Source: Sphaerodactylus townsendi (taxonomy: Eukaryota). From it: a stretch of 64,000 nucleotides of DNA. Both the position numbers and the translations under genes were made by a program. Below the pieces are notes generated by a model. It had not been told where the DNA came from. It saw nothing but the letters and a program-made list of their open reading frames with translations, and ran no database searches. Shown here piece after piece: positions 37,247-49,200 of the stretch (position 1 is its first letter; the number at the start of each line of letters is the position of its first letter). Location of the stretch: NCBI RefSeq assembly GCF_021028975.2, contig NC_059428.1, positions 149,544,001-149,608,000 of the forward strand, written 5' to 3'.

Positions 37247-40200
37247 CACACGTTTGCATCACCTGACTGGTTAGGGGAGTGGCTAAGAAGTAGAGCAAGC
37301 CAGACCTGAGGAATGAAAAGCCTTGCAATTCTTGACAGAGGGAGTGTGCTGAAGAGAGACCTCCTCCCCCTCCCCCCGTGGCCTGCCTGCTCCCTCTTGT
37401 GCTCGTGGTCCCTTTCCTGAGTGACTCTGAGCTCCAAGTCTCTCTTTCCTCCTGGCCCCGTGAGCCTTCAGACAGAGTTGAATATTGATGCGCCTTTGAG
37501 CCTGGAAGTCCTTTACTGAGAGGTGGGCAGCATCTCAGTCAGTACTGGCTCTCCTCTGCCAAGCCTGCCGTGGCCCTGGAGCCCTCCTGTGGGCTGTGGT
37601 GGGTGAGCTGGAGCAGCGCTGGTTTCCGAGGGCAAGGGCCTTTGCACGCTCAGTCGAGGAGCCGTGACTTGAGAGCAGCCATCGTTTGGAAGCTGGCCAA
37701 ATAATCATGGCCTTTGGACTGGGGGTGGGGGGTGATGGGGAACTCTCAGGCTCACGCCCCACCTGCCAGGATTGGCTCGGAGTGCTCTGCAGAGCAGGAC
37801 GGGACGTGAAGAGGGAGAAAGCTTCCTCCTCTGTGCCCCCAGCATCCGACAGTCAGCACTTGGCAGTTCTCTGCATCTGTCTATGCTTAGTTCTTGTGGC
37901 TTGACCCATCCCAGTTTTGACAGTCTTGTGAGCCATCCTGCTACGGTGAATAGACTCCCCACCCCCACCCCCCGGCTGTAACCCCTCCATAGTTCTCCCT
38001 TCTGTCTCCAAAGCAACCTGGTCTGTTCATGAGCAACTGAGCAGTGAGGAATGTTCACAAAAATTCTAACCCCGCAGGTTTATCTTTTAAGATGCTTGGA
38101 TTTTATTTTTGTAACCGAAACACCCACTTTTATCAGCAGGGAGGTTTCTGTGGGTATTGACCTACGCTTGTAAGCCACCTTAAACTCTGTATGGAAGAAA
38201 GGCTGCTCTTAAAGGTTTTGAGTAAGTAAATAAATAGTTCTGTCTTTTCCTCCCTCCAGTGCCAGAACCACCAAAGCCAGGTGCAAGCCCATCTCAGCCT
38301 GCTGTCTCCATTCCTACCGGTACTTCCACGGCAGCCAGCGGCAGCAGTAATAACACCAACAATAATGCCAGACGGCCTGCAGGCAGCCACCCGCAGCCAG
38401 CCCCGCAGCAGCCTTCTCCTCGCTACCCACCCCGTGAGGTGCCGCCCCGATTTCGGCACCAGGAGCAGAAGCAGCTTTTGAAGCGTGGGCAGCAGCTGCC
38501 GGGGCTTGCAGTGAACCTGGGGGCCGCACCGAAGCCGGCAGACGGCCTGTCAGGAGGCAGCCCGGCCACAAGCACGCAGCCGGCCGTGGCTGGCGGAGAC
38601 GAGCAGAGCAGCAGCCAAAAACAAGGAGGTGAGAGAGAAAGGGGCGAGGGGGGGCAGCTTTTCCTCCTGTGAAGGCCCACTGGGGGCACTGGGGGGGGGT
38701 GCTTGGGCAAAAGCCCCACCAGGTGTGGACCCACTTTCTTAAAACATTTGGTGGGCATCCGGAATAGTGTTGGGTGGTACCACGGAGCCCACGGGCACCA
38801 CTTTTGGAAACTCCCACTCTCACGTAAGGAGGGCTGCTGCTTCCATAACCCAGGGGTCTGCAACCTGCGGCTCTCCAGATGTTCATGGACTACAATTCCC
38901 ATCAGCCCCTGCCAGCATGGCCAATTGGATGGGAATTGTAGTCCATGAACATCTGGAGAGTCGCAGGTTGCAGACCCGGTCAATAACCTGTCTTTACAAG
39001 AAGCTGAAGGCAGCGAACCTTGGAGACGTGTTCTGCAGGAGCCCCGTTTTATTTGTTTGCAGTATTTCTGCCGCGCCTCCCCAGAACCCTGCCTGAGGCA
39101 GCTTATGACAATAGAAAACAATACAATACAAAATGTTAAAAGGTGTTAATTGAAATCCCGCATTAAAGAAGCGCGGCCTGAAATCATAAAAGCAGCGTGA
39201 AACGGCAGCTTCCAGGCTAAGGGGGTTTACTTTTTGAAACACAAAGCAGGGGAGGCCTGATCAGGCCAGGCTTTTCCGGCAGCCCCTTCCTGGTGGGGTG
39301 GCTGTTTCAGGTGTCTCCAGCGGGGCCTGGGTCTGAGACTGGGGTTTCCAGGTCCTGGGCCAGCGGACGCAGACCTCCTGGCTGCCCATCAGAACTCAGG
39401 GGACCCAGCCTCACGGGAGGCGCCACAGAGCCTGGGCTGGCTTTCTGGCTAGCATGGAAGGGTGGGCTAGAGATGCGCCTGCTGGCTGGCGGGGAAGGGG
39501 TGGGGATCTGTTAGCGGGCTTCAGGCTCCAGGAGACCGTGCGACCCGCCTGCAGGTGATCCGTGGCTGTGGAGCAGTTGGGCAGAGTTAGTCGAGCATCA
39601 CGTCTCTGGCCCAACAGGATGCAAGTGGCGCTTGCGTTTGTTACTTGGCTGTTCTGCCGAAAGCACAGCTAGTTCGCTCCTCCTCGTAGGCACAGCAGGG
39701 CTGCAGACACCAGCATTCCTTAGACTGGCCGCCTCTATGCTGCCAGGTGAGGCTGGTGGTCCTCCAGAGTCGCCCATGTGTGCACGCTGTGAGTGGCAGC
39801 GGGGCCGTTCTGCTCGGGGAGAGTCTGGCGTGATATGCAGCAAGGAAGGCTGCTCCCAGCGGTTCCTTGTGTTTCAGCTCCGTACAGATTGGAACGCAGG
39901 TTGTGTCTTGGTTGGACCGCGTCTGCTTCGGGTCTGAAGGCAGGCGTGGCGGCTGGGGAGGTGTGCGGGGAAGGTGGCGAGACCCCAGTAACCTCCTCTG
40001 ATCTCTTGCTTTTCCCGTAGGCATGCCTCCCATTCGGGACTTGGTCAGCCACTCCCCTAACCAGTCAGGTGATGCAAACGCATTTCCCTTTCATGTGTGT
40101 CTCCATGGCTTGGCAGTTCTGTCTGCTCCTTTCACCTTCTTTCTGGGTCACCTGGTCTGTAGGTTGGGAATTTGCTGCCGTCACACCCGGCTTGCCTTTC

Positions 40201-43200
40201 TCCAGGGGTCAAGGGGCAGCCCTTGGCAACTGCTGCTGTGTTTTGGCTTTTCCTGCATCGCTTCCATCACTAACCGTTGGCTCGAATCCAAATTGCTGCT
40301 GAACCAACTGGAAACTGTCTTCTGTCCTGCAGCACAAAACTGCTTTTGAACCCCCCCCCCCCCCCCCGAATTTTGAAAGCGGCTTTCTGGATGGCTGCAT
40401 TCGCCTGTCAGGAGCAAACCTCAGCTGGTTCATGAAAGGTGGCGATCTAGTGGATTGCCGGCCTCAGGGGCTTTCCTTGTGCTTAGTGCCGCCTGGGAGT
40501 GGGCACCTGACGATGGGTAGTTTCTTTCTTCCGCACTGGGGTTCTGAACCTGGGCCCTGTCCTCAAGGGGAGGAAGGGGCTGCAGTTGAGCAGAGGTGTA
40601 CCCTCCGCCAGCTCAGATGGCTTCCTTGTGCCACATAAACCCAAGGAACCAAGCTAGAGAAAAAAGCGAGGCAAAACTAGAGGCATTTCAAAGAGGAGAG
40701 GCACATGCCACACCGTGGGCTGCTTCTTCTCCTGAAGGATGGAGGCCCAAGTTGGCTTCAGAGTATGGGTAGCTGTCAGGGTGGGATGCCACGAGGAAGT
40801 CCACGGGCTCCTCTTGCTTGGTGCCTTGACGGTTGCTGCCTGTGTCTGCTGCCGCGTCAGTCCTCCTCTGGCTCAGAACCAGCCTGGGGGTCTCAGCCAC
40901 TGCTTTTTAGCGTGAGCAAGCTTCTGGCCCCTCCCTGCCAGGATCAGAGACACTGCCCGCATAGCCCCAAGGCCTGGGTGCAAGTCACGCGTTTGCCGCT
41001 TACTGCAAGCAGCAGGCTTTTGCAGACCTGGCTGGGTGTTTTGTTTGTTGAAGAGAAAAAGCAACTGCTTTGGGGTGTCCCCTGTTCCATCTGAATCTCT
41101 TGCAGGTTCCTGGTTTTCCACGTGTGGCACAGGAATTGCTGAGCACCCTCCCCTTAAGGGCTACCTTGACACAGAGTCTGTGGGCCCCTGTTTGGTGCAC
41201 CTTTGTTGAGAATGCGAGGAAATGTGCAGGGGGCGCATGCACAAAACAGTGCGGCCCTCGTCCTCCAGTCTGTGGCTCTTGCTTTGCGTTTGCTTGCCAC
41301 CCTGTGTCCATTGCCGTTCTCCTTGCGTGCCTGTTTGAGTGACGCCGTGTCTCCCTGTTTCCCCCCTAGATCTGAACCACAGCACACGAGGACCCCACTA
41401 TGAGAGTGCTCACTGGGGAGCTGTCTCTTCCAGTAGCGACTCCAGCACAAATTGGGAGAAAGTCCTCCTAGACGGCTCAGACAAGGAGGCATGGCCCTTC
41501 AGCGCCAACGGCAGTGACACGGAGCTGGCTTCAGAATGTATGGACACTGACTCTTCCTCGAGCTCCGGGTCAGAGAAGAGCCTGGCGCTCATGGCTTCCA
41601 GAGGCCCAGGCGCGGATGGCGGCGTGCTGAACGGCATTGGGCACAGCTCTCCGGCCACGTTCGTTGGCGGTAGCCACAGCAATAACGGGAGTGGAGGCGG
41701 CTTGAGCCGGCCGTGGGGCATGTGTCTCAGCGCCGGGATGAGCACAGGTCAGGCCTCAGCAGATGCTTCCAAGGGCATATCTGAAGGTGGCCGTGGCAGG
41801 GGGAACTCTTGGGGCATGCTCAACCCATCGCCCAGCGGAGGGCTGAATCCCAGCACTTTGAATGCCAGCAGCAGCTGCGGTGCCTGGCCCACGTTGGAGA
41901 GCAACTGGCACCCCCTGAAAGGGCCTGGTGGAGGTGGCGGTGGCGGAAGTCAGGGAGGGAGCAATCCAAGCAGGACCCCTGGCCCCTGGGGGAGCCTCTC
42001 GGAGAGCAGCCGTGATGACCAAGCCAATGGTGCCAGGAAGGTTTCGCAGAGCAGGCAACCTCAGAACCTTAACCCTGAAACAAATGGACCAAATAGTAAC
42101 ACTACTAACGTGATGACCTCTAGTTTACCAAACTCCGCCGGCTCTGTGCAGGCGAACGAGCCAGCCGGCAGCGACGCAGGGGCCGGGGCCTGGGGCCGGG
42201 GCGGCAGGACCTCTCTCCCTCTGCTCCAGACCTCACCGGCACTCAGCGGCCCGTCCGTTCCTCATGTGAGCAACGGTGAAGTGAAAATCAGCAGCACGGC
42301 TTGGGCGGGCACCTGCGAGCCCACCTACTCCGGAGACCGAAGGTCTGACTCCAACAGCGGAGCCAGCAGCAACACTGTGAATGCAACTCTAATGCAGCCG
42401 GGGCTCAGCAGGGCTAGCAGCACAAACTTTGAAACCAACGGGGATAAAGGAGCAGGGGAGTGGGAGGGAGCCGGGACAGCCTGCCCCCCAAACTTGCCAT
42501 GGGGGGGCAGCTCAGGCTCCGGGGGCAGCCGGGGAGGCTGGAGCAGGCTGCCCCAAAGCAACAACTTTGCAGACGGAGAGTGGAACCAGATGCTGAGCAA
42601 TCGGTGCCCTTCCGAGAACGGCAGCGGGAGCGTCAGTTTCACGAGCATGTGGCAATCCACCGAGGAGGAGAGCGCGAGCACGGAAGGGCAGAGTTCCGCG
42701 CCCTCTCCCTTCCCAGAGCAGCACGGCAGGGGAGCGAAATGGGCCAGCCCGGGGGGGAGCGAAATGGGCCCCGACAGCCCCCAGGAAAGAGCAGCGGTGG
42801 ACGAAGGGGCCGGTCACGAGAGAGGGAAAGCTGACCCGTACGCGCTGCTCCAAAGCATCCTGAACAGGACAGGCTTGGACCCGCGAGTCCTTTCCAACTC
42901 CGGCTGGGGCCAGACGCCCATCAAGCAGAACACCTCCTGGGACATGGCGGCTTCCCCCCGAGCAGAGAGGAAGGCAGACAACGGCACCGAGGCTTGGGGA
43001 GGCCGCAGCTCAGGGGGAGGTGTGGAGAGGCCTGGCGGGAACTATGGCTCTTCGGGGTCAGGGTGGAGCGAGCCAAAGTCTGCTCTGAGGTGGGGAGACG
43101 CCAAGGTCTCCAGCAGCCAGGGGGGCTGGGAGCAACCCGCCCCTTCCGCACAGGCCAAAGGCAATCAGTCGTGGGCGGCGGGTGGCAAAGACAACAAGTC

Positions 43201-46200
43201 CTCGCTTTCCCTGTGGAACGATGGGGAGAAGTTAAAACCGGGGCCGGGAGACAGGCAGAAGGCGAGCCCCGTGTGGACAGGCCCAGCTGTCGACGGCTGG
43301 GGGGAGAACTGGAGAAGTAGCAACCACTGGGGCGAGGCGAAGAAGTCCAGTTCCGGCAGCTTGGCGGCAAGCGTGGGTCGGGGCAGCTGGAAGGAACCGA
43401 AGCAAAGGCTGGCGCTGGCCGCTGGGGAGGGCAGAAGACCCAGCTCAGGCCCCTCATCAGGTGGGAGGAGCCCCCCAAGCCGAGCCAAAGCCAGGGCTGG
43501 GGGGAGCCTCCGAACCCAGTTTCTCCTCGGAACCTCACTTGACTAGGAGGCAAGGCAGCAAGATGTCCGGGGAGCTGGGAGCCGAGAGTAGGAGGTAGTT
43601 CCCAGGTGGAGGCGATGCAGACGCAGCCAAGGAAGAGGAACCCACCGGGTGGGAGGAGCCTTCCCCCGAATCAATTCGCCGTAAAATGGAGGTCGACGAC
43701 GGGACCTCCGCTTGGGGGGACCCGAGCGGGTACAACTACAAGAACGTGAATTTGTGGGACAAGAACACCCCAAGAGTGGGCGACCCTTCGGACCAGCAAG
43801 CACACGGCCCTCCGCAGCACCTGCCAGCCCATGCAGCACCCGGCCCAGAAAATGGTGGTGGCAGCAGCAGCTCCAGTAAGCTCTCCTTTGGGGTATAGCC
43901 TGCCTGCCTCTCCTGTAATATCCTGGGAGTAGGAGTTGGGGGCCCCTCTCACACCCTTCCCAGTCGCCCCAAGCTCTGTGACTGCAGCAGCCCAGCAGCC
44001 TCATGCATAAGAAGTTGCCAGAGTGGGAGGCTGGCCAGAGCTAGCCCCAATCTGGAACGAGGTTGGCCCACTGGGCAGACCTCGGCTGTTTTTGGGCACT
44101 TCCGGTCTGTGCTTGATTTTAAATCGCCTGAAGGGGAATTGAGGCTGCCGTTCACACTGGACATGTCCGGTGCCCAGCGCAGGTGCCACACTGGTGGTCA
44201 TGGAACAAACCAACCCCCTCCTGGGCCCTTTTTGCCAAGGGACTCGGGTGCCTGCTCCCACGGCTGGCGGGGGAAGAGTGCCTGGCTGGCTGGGTGGCTG
44301 GCTGGAAACTAGACCTTCACACTAGTCCTTTTTTGCTACGATTGAGCCGGCAAAATGGGCTCCGGTCTTGGGCCTTCCTGCTAACCTCTGTCTCTTTTGA
44401 AAGGTTGGGGAGAGCCCCCTCCCCCACCAACCACTGTAGACAATGGCACATCGGCGTGGGGCAAGCCTGTCGACACGGGGGCCAGCTGGGGGGACTCCAT
44501 CGGCGATGCAGGTGGCACCGCGAACTGGGGGAGCTTGCCCGCTAGTCAGCCGGCTCCGAATAAAGCTGGTAGGTGTTGGGGGGAGGGAAGGAGGAGGGGC
44601 TCTGGGGCTTGACTGGAGCTGGCTGCTCTCCCCTCCGGGCTGGGCGGTTTTGCCAGCTGAGAAGCAGCCCGCCTGGCAGGTGACCCGGGCACCGTCCGCA
44701 GCCAGGGGCACAGTTCTGCGTTGAAGAGTGGCTGTGTGTGTTCCACCTTGGGAAGACCCCAGAGTCTGCCTGGCCGAGCTGGCCCGGCTGGTGTAGGGGG
44801 GAGCAAGCATGCCCTTGGCAGCGGGTATCCTGCCAAGAAAGCGGCTGGGAAGGGCTCGGAGGATGTGGACATTGGAATGTGGAACAGCAGCTCAGCCCAA
44901 GACGGCGGCCCCGCTCTGGATTGGTCGTCTTATGCAAAGAGGCTGCCCCCCAAGGTGCGTTCCAACTTCAGTCAAACAGGAGGGGGGGGGGGGGGGCTAG
45001 CCAATGTCTGTCTAAGCCCCTTTCCATGTCCTTTAATAGTACTGGGTGTTCCCAAGCAGGCAGGCAGGAGTGGATGGGTGGGTGGGCTCGGGGGTCCCCT
45101 GGGCCCTGCTTCCTGTCCGTAGTTGTGCTTCGTGGCCTGACAGTGGAAGGCAGGGATTCTTTTTCGTTCATGCCAATTTTCTCTCTGCTTTTCAACCCAC
45201 ATAATCCTGCCACGTGGGAGGGGGCGGGCCAAGGCCAGCCTAATGGAGTGCTTTTTTCAAAGAATCCAAGCTGCATTTTAATTTTGATTCTGTACATTTT
45301 AAAAGGAGCCACGATTAAATCCGACATGCACTTGATGCATTCAGCAGGCCTTGCCGTTCCATATTGCTCCACAGAAACTTTAATACAGTGCTTTCTTGGT
45401 TTAGGGAACAGTGAAAAATGGAAATAAGCAAGATGAAACATGGATCCCAAATAAACCCACATGTAAAGCAAGCTGGCCCATCTCAGCTACTCCAAAAGTA
45501 AAACTGGCTAGCAGTCCTTGCAAGCCCCGAGTAGCTTGAGACCACCCCTTGCCTGCCCCTCTTGTTTCTCCCCATATTTCCAAAAGTACCCATGAGCATT
45601 ACAGAAGTCAGCACTTACAAGTCCCCCACCCTGCAGGCATCAACCCAGGGTGGAGGCAGAGAGAAAGCGATAGGGGCGGGGTCTGTGGGTCTGCTCTTGG
45701 CTCGTGTTGGGTTTCTTCTATACAGAAGTCGCTACCCACATCTTACAGAGAGGTGGTGCAGGAGGAGACCACGCACAGCAATAAGATGGACCTGCCTGGA
45801 GGTGAGTGTGGGTGCAGGAAAGGCAGCAGAGGCCCCGGAGTTCCCCTGCAGGTCCTTTCAAATCCCAAATCCCACTTGCCCAAGTGGCTAAAGATGAGCC
45901 TTGTTGTCTGGTAGCTACGCTGAGCTCCACTGAGCAGGTTTTTGCCTGAAGCCACCCACTTACGGTTAAAACATGCTGTCCATCAGCAAGGAGTAGTGAG
46001 TTTAAAACATTCTAATCACAGAACTAGGGGTTTGGGTTCCCCACTCCTCCACCTGAGTGGCAGAGGCTTCAGTGGCCTGCGCTGTAGGCCAGAGGACTTG
46101 GGGGGGGGGGAGGGGGGGCTGCAGTGCAAACCCTCCTCTGGGAGGAGGACAGCTGGAGCTGGTGGGGCAGCCCCTTCTGCAGACAGGAAGGTCCAGGTGG

Positions 46201-49200
46201 GACCTGGGCTGAGGGTGCTCTCTCTTCCTGCCCAGGGGTCTTGCCGGACAAGCGGATGGAGATGGAGAAGCACAGCCTGACTGCTGGCGATTACAGCCGG
46301 GTGGTGGGGAAAGGCCCGGCCTCCCGCCCTCAGATTTCCAAAGAGTCTTCCATGGATTCCGAGAATCCCTTGCTTTGACAGGGTGAGGAAAGGAGGGGTT
46401 GAAGTCAAGTAGGAAGCTACCTAGGAACTTAGCCTAGAAGGATTTTTAGATCTGGGCCTGCTGCATGTAGCTTATCCCGGCAGAGCCAGGCAGGAATGTA
46501 GCTGGGAAGGGGAAATTTGTTGTCCTTCCACTCACCCATTTTGTTCTGCCAAAGGGTTGCCTGATAAGAGGGCATCTTGCGAGAGGTGATTTTACTCAGC
46601 GGTTCTCAACCTGTGAATTGTGGCCCCTTTACAGGAGTCAAACGACCACCCCTAACAGGGGTCTTACAGACCATAGGAAAACACATATTTCCGATGGTCT
46701 TAGGAACCGAGACACAAATAATGTTGTGGTTGGGGGTCACCACAACATGAGGAACTGTATTAAAGGGTCGCAGCATTAGGAAGATTGAGAACCACTGATT
46801 TTACTGAACTGTGGGGGTGGGGGATGATGCTTGTGAACAGGAATGTTTTCTTCAGAAACTTCACCAGAAGTTCCTGATTGGCTTGCCACCAGGAATCCCT
46901 GCCTCTCGCCTCTCCAGATAGCTCCATTGTACTTGGCAGGGTGCTGAATCAGTAGGGCCAGGCCGGGCCCTGCCTGTGGCCACAGAACTGATTTGTGTAG
47001 AGTTTATCCGCCTTTGGGCTTGAGGGTCAACTAACTCTTCGCCTCTCCTGTTCTCTGCTGCTCTCCTCCTGCTATTTCTCGCGCTCCTGGGCTCCCTGGC
47101 TCCTCTGCCTCGTCTCTCCGGACAGGATGGCCTTCTTGTAGCAGACGATCCCCCAAATGCGCAGTTTCTGTCCAGCCAGAGTGCAAAGCCTTCCCTTTCC
47201 AGCAGCACACTACCTAACCAGGCCGTTAGCTCCCTGGCCGGGCTAGGAATGCAAAACTTGAATTCTGTTAGACAGGTAAGGCCGGGAATCCCCCCCCCCC
47301 CTTCCCTCTGGTGGCGTTCCAATGTGCCCCAGTGGCTTTCCTGAGCCCTGATGCAGAACTAGAGGCTGGCTGGGGCCCCAAGCAGGTTCACCCCCCCCCC
47401 CTGCAGGCAGTGCAAGAGGCCCTTCCATGACCCACCCAGCCTTTGTGGTTTGCGTGGAGCCAGCAGCCCAGACCTTTCCCCACTGGAATTGGGCTCGTTT
47501 CAACCCCTCGTCCTTCTGAGCTGCTCCTCTCCTTTTGTTTGCTTCGCTAACTTCTCAATTCCTCTGGTGCCTCCGTCTCTAACGCCAGCCCCACTTACCC
47601 ACCCCTCGGCTAAAGGCCTGCCTACAGGTGTAGCTTTTCTGGACATTCTGGAGGGTAGAATTTCTTGTCTGGGAAATGTGAAGTGGTGCGGGGAGGCGGG
47701 CTTGGGCTGAAACTCTGGGACCTAAGAACGGCACATGCTCTCCAGGAGGGCATTCAAAATGCGAGAGAGACTTGGGTTCCCATCCCTGCTGAGCTGCAGT
47801 TGTGGGGACGCTGACTGCGTGATGGGCTTGTGGAGATCTGCTCAGCCGCCTCCCCCCCCCTCTCTGCAGAACGGCAACCCCAGCACGTTTGGGGCCCCGG
47901 CTGCACAGTCCCGGAGCCTGCCGCCTCCACTCGCCCAGCCTCTGAACTCCTCGCAACCTAGCCCACGAGCTCAAGTGCCTGCCCCGCCGGTGCCGTCCCC
48001 TCAGGTGGGTGAGAGAGCGAGAGCTCTTTCTCTTGGGACACGCCCCTCTTCCAGGTCACAGAGGCTGCCGAGGGCTGGGCTGGCCCCTCTTGCTCTCCTG
48101 AGGCACCTGCCCTGCTCCAGCCTCCCCCCCTCCCCAACAGCCCCTGCTGAGAACGGGGAGGCTGACTATACCAGGGAGGGGCCTTGGTCCCACTCCTTGG
48201 GCAGAGGGTGGCAGCAGGATACTAGCCCGGGGGTGGGGGTGGGGGGGTGGCCTGTGATCTGCTTGCTTCCTGGAGCCAATTGCAGTAGCTGACTGGGGGC
48301 CCCTCCTGTCCTGCTGTCTCCCCCCTGTAGGTCCCCGTCTCTCTGTTAAAATACGCACCAAATAATGGGGGGCTGAGCCCACTCTTCGGCCCGCAGCAGG
48401 TAGCCATGTTGAACCAGCTCTCCCAGTTGAACCAGCTTTCCCAGATCCCCCAGTTACAAGTAAGTGGAGGGACTGTGTTGTCACGCCCCCTCCTGCCCCC
48501 GCTCTCCAGTCCTTCTTGGTCTAACCGTCTCTCTCTCTCTCTCTCAGCGGCTGCTTGTCCAGCAGAGGAAGGCCCAGGCTCCGAGGAACCCGGGAGCCGC
48601 TGGGAGCCGTCAGCCGGAGCAGCAGGTAGCGGTTTTTCTGCCCAGCCCGCCTTGTGCTGCGTGCGAAACGCGTCTCTTTCCCTCGGATCTGGTGGTTCGG
48701 ACTTCCGTGAAACGGCCCCGGGAAAGGGCTGGCAGCTGTCACAGCCTCCGCTGAATGCGAGAGCAGGCTCTCCCACCCCTCCGGACAGGGCTGGCTTTGG
48801 GGTGTGGCGGAGGGCGGGGTCACAGAAGTGGGCGTGGAAGCGAGCGCGTGTCTGCATGCGTGACGTGCGTGGGCCTGACTCTCTCTGTCTCTCTGCCACG
48901 TCCACACAAGTGCCCGGGGGTGGGGGGGAGCTGGAGGATGGTGGCGAGAAATGGGAATTTCCTCTCGATGCCCCGTCATTTGGCTTGCAGCCAAACCTGA
49001 TTCAGTGGGAGAGGAGGGCGCGTGTGCGTGCATGCGTGTGTGCCAGCTTCCACGTTCTCCCAGCGTGGGGGTGAGGTTGCGGGGGCAGCTTTGTCAGAAT
49101 GGAGGCCGTGGGCCTGAGGCGCTGGGCCAGGCCTGAGCTGCTCGTATCACTCCTGCCTCTGTCCCCGTGCCTTGCAGAGCCGCTCCCTGGGTCTGCCGCA

